Origin: Bacteroidales bacterium
GTDB lineage: Bacteria; Bacteroidota; Bacteroidia; Bacteroidales; UBA10428
Direction of reading: 5' to 3'
Length of the DNA stretch: 64,000 nt
Assembly (NCBI GenBank): GCA_965230395.1
Contig: CBDDKV010000002.1
Location: 2,625,321-2,689,320 of the forward strand
Positions 27,321 through 37,741 of this stretch are shown here, one piece after another (position 1 is the stretch's first letter; every line of letters begins with the position of its first letter). Below the pieces are notes generated by a model. That model saw nothing but the letters and a program-made list of their open reading frames with translations, searched no databases and was not told where the DNA came from. The position numbers and the translations under genes were made by a program.

Positions 27321-30300
27321 ATGAAACGAATTTTACTACTACTATTAGTTATTATTATTTCAGGAGGATACACAATTGCCCAGAAGGAGATGTTGGGGAA
27401 AATTGTAGACACTGAAGGAAATCCATTGCCAGGTGTTAATATCTTGGAAAAAGGCACTACGAATGGGACAATTTCTGACTTAAATGGGAAATATATGATT
27501 TCTGTGAGTTCAGATAGCGCAATTTTGATTTTTTCATATGTCGGATTTTTGACAGAGGAAATGCCGGCTGGAACAGAGACCGAATTAAACATGACGCTGT
27601 TGGAAGATTTAATCGGGCTAAGTGAGGTTGTGGTTGTTGGATATGGAACCACAAAAAAGTCCGATTTGACCGGCTCTGTAACTTCTTTTAACTCAGAGCA
27701 GTTAACGGGAATGAAGAAAACTGATGTTTCGCAGGCTATTCAAGGGCAAATGGCTGGGGTAGACGTGCGTAGACTGAGTTCTAAACCGGGGGCTCCAATG
27801 TCAATTAAAATTAGGGGTAATACCGTTATAAAAAACGATAATGTTGGTAATGATGGTGTTAGTGATAGCCCAGACGATGATTTGTCAAAGCCGCTTTATG
27901 TTGTGGATGGTATTTTTATGGATGATATTAATGCCATTAACCCTGCAGATATTGAAAAGATGGACATTCTTAAAGATGCTTCTGCAACTGCAATCTATGG
28001 CTCCCGGGGGGCGAATGGTGTGGTGATTATTACGACCAAAAGTGGTTTTGAAGGGAAAACACAAATAACATATGATGGGTCAATAGGTTTTAATCAGGCA
28101 ACAAATATTCCTGAAATGCTAAATGGCGAGCAGTACGTAAAATTTGTTGATGATGCATTAAGAGCGATAAAGTGGCAGGATGCCATAAACAAAGGGGGGA
28201 CACCATCAGCAGATGTGTGGAATAATCTGTCGGTTGATCCAGCTACAGAATTTATCGGTTCAAACGAACAAAGTAATGTTGCTAATGGAAGGTACACCGA
28301 TTGGGTCGATAAATTTCAAAAAACAGGAGTACAAACCAGTCACAATGTTGGAGTATTTGGAGGAAGTGATGGCTTAATATATAATGCATCAGTAGGGTAT
28401 TTAAAAGATGAAGGTGTTATTGGAATTGAAGAGTTTGAAAGATATACGGCTAATGTGGGGGTTGAAAAGAAGTTTGACGCGATATTCTCAGCCGGTTTAA
28501 AAACCTACTTTTCTTATTCGGAAAGAGAAGAAGGCAGTAAGGAGCTATTCCGTAGTTCTTTTAGGTTAGCACCAACTGTCAACCCTTATGAAGATAATGG
28601 GGAAATTAAGTTAATTCCTGACGAGCAAGATCAACGTTTCCTGAACCCTATCTATGAAGAAGAGGGAGCCTGGCGTGTAAATAGCCGGACAACACGGTTG
28701 ATTAGCAATTTATATATCAACATTAAGCCTTTCGATTGGTTAAACTTTCGCTCAACTTTTGCTCCTGAGTTAAGGGCGTATAGATATGGAGAACACAGAG
28801 GGTTGTTAACGAAGGCGGCAAGAAACGAGTCAGGTAGAACAAGGGCATATTTTAATACTGATTTCAGTAATTCATATACTTGGGATAACATAGCCAATTT
28901 GGATTTTAATATTCTTTCGGGACATATGCTTAAAGCAACTATAATATCTTCGGTCTATTATAAGCAGGATGAAGGTTCTGGAATACAGGCTCGAAATCTT
29001 GGTTCTGATTCATACTTGTATTATAATACCGAAGGTGGGACAGACGTACGTGATTATAGTTCAGAATATAAGAAACAAACATTAGCTTCATTTGCAGGGC
29101 GGCTTAACTATAATATTCAGGAAAAGTATCTTTTTACTTTTACAGGCAGGTACGATGGTTCTTCAAAATTAGCAGAGGGTGAAAAATGGAAATTCTTTCC
29201 ATCAGCTGCCTTTGCATGGAGAGTATCAGAAGAAAATTTTATGGGAGGAATAGATTGGCTTAACAACCTAAAACTTAGATTAAGTTATGGAGAGTCAGGA
29301 AATGATAACCCTGTCCAGCCATATAGTTCTAAGGCATTTTTAAATAGTTCATCATATTTGTTTGGAACATCAGGAAAAACAGCGATGTATATTAACTCTT
29401 TGCCAAATCCATCTCTTGGCTGGGAACGTTCGGTAGAAACAAATATCGGGTTGGATATTGGATTATTCGGTGGAAAAATAAGATTAGAAGCTGACTTTTA
29501 TAACAAGGAAACTAAACAAGCAATTCTTGACAAGAAATTAATGTTTGTTACCGGACTATCTGATGGAACAACCGGTAATTTTGGCTCAGTAAGAAATCGG
29601 GGGGTTGAGTTTTTGTTAAAAACGGTAAACGTTAAAACGCCCAATTTTTCTTGGGAAACCAGTATAAATTTTGCAAAGAATAATAATGAAATTCTTGAAC
29701 TTGAAGGAGAGAATGAGAAAATTCCCTTTGGACGTCATGGTGTATTGGAGGTTGGAGAATCTATAACATCAATGTACGCTTATGAAGTTGACGGGATATG
29801 GCAAACAGATGAGGTTGATGAGGCAGCTGTCTATGATAAAGTTCCGGGACAATATAAATTTGTTGATCAACAAGCAGAGGGAGAAGATGGTCATGGAGTA
29901 ATAAATGAAGAGGACAAAGTAATAGTTGGTTCACATGATCCCGATTGGACCGGTGGTATGACGAATACTTTTAGGTACAAAACCTTTGACTTTTCATTTA
30001 TGATTTATACTCGCCAGGGAGTTTTTGGACACTCGGAGTTTTATCAGAACTTTGCTTCACACCAGGGTGATGGTGCTAAGTTTAATAAACTGGATTTAGA
30101 TTACTGGACTCCAAACAACCAGGGAGGGGAATATCCACTACCTAAGATTGGTCATCCTGGTGAGTGGTATTTTGAAGATATGTCGTTTGTTAAGATTGGA
30201 AATATCGGATTCGGTTATAATCTTCCGTCTGATTTGTTAGAAGGGTTGAAAATCAGTAGTTTGCGTGTTTCTGTTGATGTTCAGAACCCATTTACATTTA

Positions 30301-30401
30301 CTGACTACAAAGGTCCAGATCCGGAAACCGGACTACAGAATTCGTATGGAATGGCATATTCTGTTAGAACAATACTTTTTGGTGTAAATCTTAAACTTTA
30401 A
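27321..30401 (+). CDS. SusC/RagA-family TonB-dependent transporter (PUL-A)
   Basis: 1026 aa. CarboxypepD_reg-like N-terminus ('GKIVDTEGNPLPGVNILEKGTTNGTISDLNGKY'), the 'VVVGYGTTKKSDLTGSV' TonB-box region, plug 'IYGSRGANGVVIITTK', and a C-terminal barrel ending in F/L. There is no STN domain. Confidence 0.95.
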   Translation: MKRILLLLLVIIISGGYTIAQKEMLGKIVDTEGNPLPGVNILEKGTTNGTISDLNGKYMISVSSDSAILIFSYVGFLTEEMPAGTETELNMTLLEDLIGLSEVVVVGYGTTKKSDLTGSVTSFNSEQLTGMKKTDVSQAIQGQMAGVDVRRLSSKPGAPMSIKIRGNTVIKNDNVGNDGVSDSPDDDLSKPLYVVDGIFMDDINAINPADIEKMDILKDASATAIYGSRGANGVVIITTKSGFEGKTQITYDGSIGFNQATNIPEMLNGEQYVKFVDDALRAIKWQDAINKGGTPSADVWNNLSVDPATEFIGSNEQSNVANGRYTDWVDKFQKTGVQTSHNVGVFGGSDGLIYNASVGYLKDEGVIGIEEFERYTANVGVEKKFDAIFSAGLKTYFSYSEREEGSKELFRSSFRLAPTVNPYEDNGEIKLIPDEQDQRFLNPIYEEEGAWRVNSRTTRLISNLYINIKPFDWLNFRSTFAPELRAYRYGEHRGLLTKAARNESGRTRAYFNTDFSNSYTWDNIANLDFNILSGHMLKATIISSVYYKQDEGSGIQARNLGSDSYLYYNTEGGTDVRDYSSEYKKQTLASFAGRLNYNIQEKYLFTFTGRYDGSSKLAEGEKWKFFPSAAFAWRVSEENFMGGIDWLNNLKLRLSYGESGNDNPVQPYSSKAFLNSSSYLFGTSGKTAMYINSLPNPSLGWERSVETNIGLDIGLFGGKIRLEADFYNKETKQAILDKKLMFVTGLSDGTTGNFGSVRNRGVEFLLKTVNVKTPNFSWETSINFAKNNNEILELEGENEKIPFGRHGVLEVGESITSMYAYEVDGIWQTDEVDEAAVYDKVPGQYKFVDQQAEGEDGHGVINEEDKVIVGSHDPDWTGGMTNTFRYKTFDFSFMIYTRQGVFGHSEFYQNFASHQGDGAKFNKLDLDYWTPNNQGGEYPLPKIGHPGEWYFEDMSFVKIGNIGFGYNLPSDLLEGLKISSLRVSVDVQNPFTFTDYKGPDPETGLQNSYGMAYSVRTILFGVNLKL

Positions 30402-30419
30402 GTTTTTAAAATAATTACG

Positions 30420-32093
30420 ATGAAATTGATTATTAAATATACATACAAGGTGTTGTTGCTTAGTTTGATAATAAGTTTTTCAGCTTGCGACAACTTTATA
30501 GAAGAGGATAACTATACAAATGTAACTACCGACGAGTATCTTGATGAAAGGAAAGCGGACGAATTAATTGTAGGTATTTACCAATCATTAAGAGCTGTTT
30601 ATAAAGATTATAAGACCGCATTTTCAGGAACAGACATTTTCACTCAACAGGGGCAGTTGTTTTCGGTTAACAAACTAAATGAATATGATGGTTTGAGTTC
30701 GGACGAAGGAGCTGTTTTGGATTTATGGAAACGAAATTATATTACTATTGCCCGGGCGAATACAGCTATTAATAGATATGAAAACCAGATAATCTGGACA
30801 TCTACGTTTCTTGAAGAGAAAGCATATGGCATTGCGCAGGCAAAAGCATTGAGGGCACAGGCTTATTATAATTTGGTACAACAGTTTAGTGATGTCCCTC
30901 TTATTCTTGATGAAATAACAGATATTAAGGAAGACTTTACAAGGGATCCTGAAGAAACTGTATTTGCACAAATAATTAAAGATTTAGAGGAAGCTATTCC
31001 TGTTTTGAAAGATAAACCTGATTTCGGTCGTTTTTCATCGCGCGCAGCACGACATGTTCTAGCTGATGTTTATGTTAGTCGGGGGTATAAAACCTATGGC
31101 AATAATCCTGGGGATTTCACAAAGGCAGCGGAATTGGCTGAACAGGTAATAGGAGACTATGATATCCGCAAGCAAACTTTTGAGAAATTATTTGAATATA
31201 GTAATCAGAAGAACGATGAAGTATTGTTTTCAATACAATATGGCTCCGAAGGAATAAATTATGATGATCGGAACAATAATAAGCACGCTATCTTTATGAA
31301 CTCTGTTAATAATTATAAAGGGATTGCACGGGCGAATCCTTACGGGCGTCAAGATTTAGGTTTAATGCCAACAGAGTATTTCTATTCTCTTTTTGAAGAG
31401 AATGATAGTAGGGAAGCAGTGACACTTCACAGGGTATTATATGCAAACGAAAAGGATACTATAAAGTCAGATAACGGAATAGACCCTATAGCTGTAGGAG
31501 ATACAATTATATTTTATCCTAAAAAAGCATTGAGCGCTGTAGAGTTAGCTAATAAATTAAACCGCTACTGGGTGTACAATCCGGATCAGTATTATTATGG
31601 TACACCGGATAATGTCGCAGGTGCAGTTTATCAGTATTCGTCCAATGTGAATAAAACAAACTTTCCGATCTTTAAGAAGTTTGATGATGTTGGCTTTGAT
31701 GAGTCACAGGGAGGTTCAAGAGATACATACGTATATAGAGTGGCTGAAACGCATTTGATTGCAGCAGAGGCCTATTTGCAAACTAATAACGAAACAAAGG
31801 CTCTTGAGCACATCAATATCGTTCGTGAGCGGGCAACAGGAGAACCGGCACATTATACCGGATCTCTTACCATTGACCAAATACTGGATGAAAGAGCTAT
31901 AGAGCTTGCCGGGGAAGAAAACAGGTGGAATATCCTGAAAAGAACAGGTACGCTCGAAACCCGGATTAATAAATATAACCCTCATGTAATTGATCATGGA
32001 GAATTTAAGACCAACGTGCACTATTTAAGGCCAATTCCGGCTCAGGAAAGGGAACTTTCTGATGGTTCTTTAGGTCAAAATGAAGGTTACTAA
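30420..32093 (+). CDS. SusD/RagB-family lipoprotein (PUL-A)
   Basis: Lipobox 'FSAC'. SusD C-terminal motifs 'YRVAETHLIAAEAYL', 'NIVRERA' and 'ILDERAIELAGEENRWNILKR'. It lies immediately downstream of the SusC-like gene. Confidence 0.9.
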   Translation: MKLIIKYTYKVLLLSLIISFSACDNFIEEDNYTNVTTDEYLDERKADELIVGIYQSLRAVYKDYKTAFSGTDIFTQQGQLFSVNKLNEYDGLSSDEGAVLDLWKRNYITIARANTAINRYENQIIWTSTFLEEKAYGIAQAKALRAQAYYNLVQQFSDVPLILDEITDIKEDFTRDPEETVFAQIIKDLEEAIPVLKDKPDFGRFSSRAARHVLADVYVSRGYKTYGNNPGDFTKAAELAEQVIGDYDIRKQTFEKLFEYSNQKNDEVLFSIQYGSEGINYDDRNNNKHAIFMNSVNNYKGIARANPYGRQDLGLMPTEYFYSLFEENDSREAVTLHRVLYANEKDTIKSDNGIDPIAVGDTIIFYPKKALSAVELANKLNRYWVYNPDQYYYGTPDNVAGAVYQYSSNVNKTNFPIFKKFDDVGFDESQGGSRDTYVYRVAETHLIAAEAYLQTNNETKALEHINIVRERATGEPAHYTGSLTIDQILDERAIELAGEENRWNILKRTGTLETRINKYNPHVIDHGEFKTNVHYLRPIPAQERELSDGSLGQNEGY

Positions 32094-32117
32094 TCGAATT
32101 GAAAATGAAATAAATAC

Positions 32118-32147
32118 TGGCGGGCAGATTATAATATCTGTCTGCCA
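32118..32147 (+). terminator. stem-loop after susD-like gene 1 (attenuator/terminator candidate)
   Basis: 12-bp stem tggcgggcagat / atctgtctgcca (two G-U pairs) with loop tataat, followed by an AT-rich tail. Confidence 0.45.
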
Positions 32148-32240
32148 TTAATAAATTAACGGTTCATTCTTTTATTTGTTTGAGCTAAGAATGATTTTCA
32201 TCAGATTTTAGTTGAAAGTAAACAAAATATATTTAATACA

Positions 32241-34298
32241 ATGAGACTCTTTTTCCTGTTTTCTATCATTTTTTTTACTTGCTGTTCCTCACCTGAAGTG
32301 AACGAACAGGCTAAGTCCAACGTTGAATTTATTGACCCTTTCATGTGTACATCCGACGATAGGGGGCAGACCGATCCTTCTGCATCTATCCCTTTCGGAA
32401 TGGTAAAAGCGGGTCCCGATACCCGTCCTGTTGCACATGCCGGGTATGAGTATACTGCCGAAGAAATGCAGGGGTTCTCAAGTACCCGGTTTTCCGGAGT
32501 TGGTTGTCGGGGAACAGGGGGGAACCTGAGGGTACTGCCGTATAATCTGACAAACAATGATACTGTTCCTGAAGCCATAAAATATAAAAAGCAAACAGAG
32601 GTAGCCATTCCTGGATATTATTCTGTAACGCTTGATAATGGAATTAAATGTGAATTGACTGCTACCCGCCAGGTTGCTGTTCACAGGTACACATACCCCG
32701 AGTCCGATAAATCAGGTTTGTCCATTGATTTGGCAAGTGCCTTCGTGGAACCAAAAATTGAAGAACACACCATAAATGCAGATGGCATAATCACGGGAAA
32801 AGTTTCATCAGGATGTGTGTGTAAAAAAGGAATATATACATTTTATTTTGCTATAAGTACGGATAAAGAAGGTATTCAACCAGCAGAACGGAATTCTGTG
32901 TTAAACTATGTCTTTTCAACAACCGCAAACGAAGAGCTAAATGTTTATTGCGCTTTGTCTGTGGTAAGCGAGGAGAATGCAAGAAGAAACTTGAATGCCG
33001 TTAAGGACCAGAGCTTTGATAATGTGAAAAATGCAGCATATACCCAGTGGGAAGAACTGGTAAAGGTTGTTGATGTGGAAACGGACAACGATACGTTGAA
33101 ACGGCTTTTTTATACCCACCTTTATCATGTTGTGCAATCGCCGTTTATCATAAACGATAATGTTGGAGAATATCGTGGAAGTGACGGGAAATTATATAAA
33201 ACCGAACAAAACTATTATCATGGCTGGTCAATTTGGGATACCTTCCGAAGTAAATTGCCCCTGCTTTCTCTTTTTTACCCCGAAAGGTTCAAAGAGATAA
33301 CAACCTCGCTGGGAGAGTTGTATAAACAGGGAAAACCCGATTGGGGAACTGAAACAGAACCTTTTTTAACGGTGCGGACGGAGCATTCCGTGATAGTTTT
33401 ATTGGAAGCATATCGTAAAGGCTTGTTAACATTTTCATTGGAAGATATTTATCCACAGTTAAAAGAAGAAGCAACAAAATTGCCATTCAAAACGCCGGAC
33501 AATATTCTTGAATCCAGCTTTGATCTTTGGGCGTTGTCAGAAATAGCAAAAGAATTAGGGCATGATGAGGACGCAGAACGATACCATCAAAAAGCTTTTC
33601 AGTACGATTCCATATGGAAAGAAAAGTTTATGGTGATGGATGAAAACTCAGACATTATGCATGGAGATGGTTTGTACGAAGGTACCTTGTGGCAGTACCG
33701 TTGGTTTGTTCCCTTTGATATTGAAGGTATCCAAAAACTTGTAGGGGGGAAAGATGAATTCGAACGGCAACTCGACTACTTTTTTGAGAATGAACTATTC
33801 AACATAGGAAATCAGCCCGACATCCAGGTGCCGTATTTGTATGCCTACACAAATGCACCGTGGAAAACTCAAAAGCTGGTGAATACCCTTCTTACTAAAC
33901 CAACCAATAATTGGTACGGAACACATAAAAAATGGAAAAAACCGGAGTATCGAAAAATATTTCAGGACTCACCGGAGGGGTATGTCAAAGAAATGGACGA
34001 CGATGCCGGGACCATGTCTGGTTGGTATGTCTGTTCAGCAATTGGGTTATATCCCGTATTTCCTGGAAGTACGCAACTTGTTGTCAACACCCCATTGTTT
34101 CACAAGGTTACAATTAACACAACAGGGGGTAGCCCTTTGGTGATTGAGGCAACGAACCTGTCAGATAAGTCGATTTATATTCAGAGTATAACATTTAATG
34201 GAGAAGAACTGGATTCAAATTTCATTGATTTTAACAGGATATCCAAAGGGGGGAAACTGGAGATTGTGTTGGGGGAGCAGCCGGTCAATCAGGGCTGA
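32241..34298 (+). CDS. GH92-family glycoside hydrolase, short divergent clade (lipoprotein)
   Basis: 'IPFGMVKAGPDT', 'FSSTRFSGVGCRGTGGN', 'YEGTLWQYRWFVPFD', 'GNQPDIQVPYLYAY' and 'MDDDAGTMSGWYV' are GH92 core motifs. The usual N-terminal 'GGHGHTFPGA' is replaced by 'SDDRGQTDPSA'. Confidence 0.85.
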   Translation: MRLFFLFSIIFFTCCSSPEVNEQAKSNVEFIDPFMCTSDDRGQTDPSASIPFGMVKAGPDTRPVAHAGYEYTAEEMQGFSSTRFSGVGCRGTGGNLRVLPYNLTNNDTVPEAIKYKKQTEVAIPGYYSVTLDNGIKCELTATRQVAVHRYTYPESDKSGLSIDLASAFVEPKIEEHTINADGIITGKVSSGCVCKKGIYTFYFAISTDKEGIQPAERNSVLNYVFSTTANEELNVYCALSVVSEENARRNLNAVKDQSFDNVKNAAYTQWEELVKVVDVETDNDTLKRLFYTHLYHVVQSPFIINDNVGEYRGSDGKLYKTEQNYYHGWSIWDTFRSKLPLLSLFYPERFKEITTSLGELYKQGKPDWGTETEPFLTVRTEHSVIVLLEAYRKGLLTFSLEDIYPQLKEEATKLPFKTPDNILESSFDLWALSEIAKELGHDEDAERYHQKAFQYDSIWKEKFMVMDENSDIMHGDGLYEGTLWQYRWFVPFDIEGIQKLVGGKDEFERQLDYFFENELFNIGNQPDIQVPYLYAYTNAPWKTQKLVNTLLTKPTNNWYGTHKKWKKPEYRKIFQDSPEGYVKEMDDDAGTMSGWYVCSAIGLYPVFPGSTQLVVNTPLFHKVTINTTGGSPLVIEATNLSDKSIYIQSITFNGEELDSNFIDFNRISKGGKLEIVLGEQPVNQG

Positions 34299-34325
34299 GT
34301 AAAATATAAATAACTACAAATATAT

Positions 34326-35885
34326 ATGAGAACAAAACAAAAGACCAGAAGGTTTGCATTGTTGTTAACGATGTGCTTATTGTGTTCTGCGGGTTTTTCA
34401 AAAGAAAAAGAATATCCTGTTGTTAAGTATGGTGCAGTTGGAGATGGGAATACACTGAATACAGAAGTATTACAAAAACTCATTGACCAGGTTTCAGAAA
34501 AAGGAGGGGGCAAAATTGTTTTCTCCGAAGGACAGTTTTTAACAGGTAGTTTACAGTTGAAGTCCGATGTCCATTTATATTTTGAAGAAGGCGCCGTTTT
34601 GCAGGGGAGTGACAACCCTTACCATTATAATGTAATTGAAATGACCGGAAGGCCGGACTCACCTAAAAAAGATGATAACTCACAAATGGCTTTGCTGGTG
34701 GCGTTTAATGCGAGAAATTTCACAATATCAGGAAAAGGTAAGATTGATGGCCAGGGAAGGGCGCTGGCATTAAATATCGATAGTCTGCATCATGCAGGTA
34801 TTAAAGAAGACCCCCAATATAATTACCGGCGTATGCGGCCAAACGAAACGGCGCGGCCAAAGTTGTTCCGATTTTCTCAATGTGAAAATGTTCGTATTTC
34901 AGATATCCATGTTCAAAGCAGTGCATGTTGGGGCTTGTCGTTTGAACTATGCAATAACCTTACTATTGATGGCCTAAAACTATTAAACCGTGCTTACTGG
35001 AACAACGACGGGATGGATATTACGGATTGCAAAAATGTTAAAGTAACAAATTGCGACGTAAATTCTGCAGACGATGGTATTTGTCTGAAATCATATTACC
35101 CGGGACACTATAACGATCAGATTTATATTGCGAATTGTACGGTACGTTCCAGTGCCAGTGCTATAAAATTTGGTACAGCTTCCTGGGGAGGGTTTAAAAA
35201 TGTGACCATTGAAAATATTAAGGTCTTTGATACGTTCCGTTCTGCTATAGCCATTGAATCTGTTGATGGCGGACATATTGAAAATATAAAGGTTAGTAAC
35301 ATTGTTGCAGAGAATACCGGGAATGCCATTTTTATCAGACTAGGGCACAGAGCGGGTGAAAAACCTGGAGTTGTAAAGAATGTCAGCATAACGAACATGA
35401 AGGTCCAGGTCCCTTTTGGACGCCCGGACATAAATTACGATTTGCGTGGACCGGAAGTCAATTTCTTCCATAACCCTTTTCCTTCTTCAATAGTAGGGAT
35501 TCCTGGGCACAAAATTGAAAATGTTGTTTTGGAGAATATCGAAATTTCATATCCGGGAAGGGCTACTAAAGGGATGGCATACGTGCCACTAAGTCGCTTG
35601 GAGCAGGTGCCAGAACAAATAAAAAAATATCCCGAATTTTCGATGTTTGGTGAATTACCGGCATGGGGGCTTTATGTGCGTCATGCAAAAGGCATAAAAA
35701 TAGAAAATGTGAAATTCACCCTTGAAGACACAGATTTCCGTCCTGCTTATATTTTTCATCAGGTTGAAAGTGTCGAGATGAACAATATACAGTTGCCAGA
35801 TGGTAAAAAAGGGCAAATTGTACTAAAAGATACGGAAAAAATTATATTGGATAAAGAAGCGGAAAAACAAAAAAAAGAACTTTAG
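34326..35885 (+). CDS. GH28-family (beta-helix) glycoside hydrolase
   Basis: Pectate_lyase_3-like N-terminus ('YGAVGDGNTLNTEVLQKLID...GGGKIVF'). GH28-like catalytic region 'WNNDGMDITDCKNVKVTNCDVNSADDGICLKS...ASAIKFGT'. Confidence 0.8.
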   Translation: MRTKQKTRRFALLLTMCLLCSAGFSKEKEYPVVKYGAVGDGNTLNTEVLQKLIDQVSEKGGGKIVFSEGQFLTGSLQLKSDVHLYFEEGAVLQGSDNPYHYNVIEMTGRPDSPKKDDNSQMALLVAFNARNFTISGKGKIDGQGRALALNIDSLHHAGIKEDPQYNYRRMRPNETARPKLFRFSQCENVRISDIHVQSSACWGLSFELCNNLTIDGLKLLNRAYWNNDGMDITDCKNVKVTNCDVNSADDGICLKSYYPGHYNDQIYIANCTVRSSASAIKFGTASWGGFKNVTIENIKVFDTFRSAIAIESVDGGHIENIKVSNIVAENTGNAIFIRLGHRAGEKPGVVKNVSITNMKVQVPFGRPDINYDLRGPEVNFFHNPFPSSIVGIPGHKIENVVLENIEISYPGRATKGMAYVPLSRLEQVPEQIKKYPEFSMFGELPAWGLYVRHAKGIKIENVKFTLEDTDFRPAYIFHQVESVEMNNIQLPDGKKGQIVLKDTEKIILDKEAEKQKKEL

Positions 35886-35998
35886 CATTTAACAGGGGTC
35901 ATGCTTATGAACAATAGTTAAATCAGGATTTACCCAATAAAATAGAGATACTTGCAGTTTTGAGAGAACCTGTCAATAAACACTAAAAAATATTTAAT

Positions 35999-37522
35999 AT
36001 GAGATTAAATTCAGTATTCCGGCTATTTATTCCTGCGGTTTTTCTTTTTCTTGTAGGGTGTGTAAATAATCGGGAGCAGGAAGGATATAACATTAAAAAG
36101 TTTGGTGCGGTTGCTGACGGAAAAACACTTAACACGGTTGCCATTCAAAAAGCCATAGATGCTGCCCATAAAAATGGTGGAGGAAAAGTAATAATACCTG
36201 CGGGGACCTATATTTTGGGGACAATCTACCTTAAAGATAATGTTAACCTACATGTTTCGTTGGGGGCAACACTCTTAGGTTCACCAAACCTTGAAGATTA
36301 TGATTCTATCCGGTGGGGGCATAATAACGACCGACAGGCATGGCACCTGATTTTTGCAGATTCTGTTAAGAATGTAGCGATTACCGGCGAGGGGACTATC
36401 GATGGGAATGGTGAATTTTATTGGCAGGAATATGAGAAGGATGAAAACGGAAATATGGTTGTTCCCCGCTGGATCAAAGCTCAAAAGCATAAAATAAGCC
36501 CGTTAATTGATATAAACTACTCATCTAATATTATTATAAAAGATGTGACTGTAAAAACAGGAGGAGGGTGGAATATTCATTTATTTAATTCTTCAGTAGC
36601 AAAAATACAGGGAGTGCGCATCATCAATAATATTTACAGCCCGAATTCCGATGGGATTGACCTTACAGGATGCAGTGATATAACCATTACCGATTGTTTC
36701 ATAAAAACCTGCGATGATGCCATTGTTATCAAAACCCTCAGGGACAGTTATGAATCGGAACGCATTTCTGTATCGAATTGCGTAATGGAAACACTTTGTG
36801 TGGGGATAAAACTTGGAGCAGGAGAATCGTACAAAGATATGCGCGACATAAACTTTTCGAACTGCATATTTAATGGGACTTCCAGGTTTTTCGGACTTTA
36901 TTCCAAGAATGGGGCAGTAATAGAAAATATTGTAGTGAACAACCTGACAGGAAATACCAACGCTAAATTGGTTTATAACCGTCCCATACAGCTCATGGTA
37001 CAGAAGAACGGTGATGGGGTTGTAGGGGGTATCCGAAATGTGGTTATAAGCAATATGGCAGCCCATACAGACGGGCGGATCCTTATGACTTGTCATCCGG
37101 ATGGGTTTCTTGAAAACATCTATTTTCGTGATGTCATTCTTACTTACCCGAGGATTGAAGATCCAGAAGCCATGATAGACGGGGCACGAAGCAATCAGTT
37201 CCCACGGGTAAGCGAATTCCGGGAAGCTGGTTCAGCCCGGGCAGCGTTTGTTGCCGAGAACCTGACCAACCTCGTAATCGATAACCTTAAAATCAACTGG
37301 CCGGGAGAAGAGGTGCCCGAAAGCTGGCAGCACCCTGAACGTATAGAGAACGGGACCCGACGGATTCATAAACACGATTATTCGAACCCACGGCAATGCG
37401 AATTTTCCGTATTATGGGGAAAAAACCTTATGGGGGGGTACATTCATGCGCCATTGGCAGAAGCTTCATCGAAAAAAATGAAGACTTTTCAATTAAAATC
37501 ATCCAGTATTAAAGTCAAATAG
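35999..37522 (+). CDS. GH28-family (beta-helix) glycoside hydrolase, second subtype (lipoprotein)
   Basis: Lipobox 'LVGC', 'FGAVADGKTLNTVAIQKAIDAAHKNGGGKVIIPAGTY', and 'SPNSDGIDLTGCSDITITDCFIKTCDDAIVIKT'. Confidence 0.8.
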   Translation: MRLNSVFRLFIPAVFLFLVGCVNNREQEGYNIKKFGAVADGKTLNTVAIQKAIDAAHKNGGGKVIIPAGTYILGTIYLKDNVNLHVSLGATLLGSPNLEDYDSIRWGHNNDRQAWHLIFADSVKNVAITGEGTIDGNGEFYWQEYEKDENGNMVVPRWIKAQKHKISPLIDINYSSNIIIKDVTVKTGGGWNIHLFNSSVAKIQGVRIINNIYSPNSDGIDLTGCSDITITDCFIKTCDDAIVIKTLRDSYESERISVSNCVMETLCVGIKLGAGESYKDMRDINFSNCIFNGTSRFFGLYSKNGAVIENIVVNNLTGNTNAKLVYNRPIQLMVQKNGDGVVGGIRNVVISNMAAHTDGRILMTCHPDGFLENIYFRDVILTYPRIEDPEAMIDGARSNQFPRVSEFREAGSARAAFVAENLTNLVIDNLKINWPGEEVPESWQHPERIENGTRRIHKHDYSNPRQCEFSVLWGKNLMGGYIHAPLAEASSKKMKTFQLKSSSIKVK

Positions 37523-37741
37523 AAATAAACAGGAAGGGTCTTTGGGCTCATCCAAGATCTATATTGTTGATAGCAGCGTGGTATTTGTTGGCATAAATTG
37601 CATTACAGATAAATTATTCCATAAGGCTTTTTTATAAAAGCGAAGGTTTATTGACGATGTAGAACAATTCTGGAGCAGGTACCCGGAAGGTAATATGAAT
37701 AATAAAAGATATTTATACATTAATCAATCTTGTAAATTGTA

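Noticed and set aside
27245-27652. A 135-aa minus-strand ORF overlapping the start of susC-like gene 1, plus similar antisense ORFs at 32201-32608, 36593-37096, 10967-11401, 48911-49300 and 63217-63618.
   Set aside because: They are antisense to strongly supported genes, with no recognisable domains and compositions mirroring the sense-strand codons. The 62489-63752 minus-strand ORFs are antisense to the GH115 gene that the track missed.
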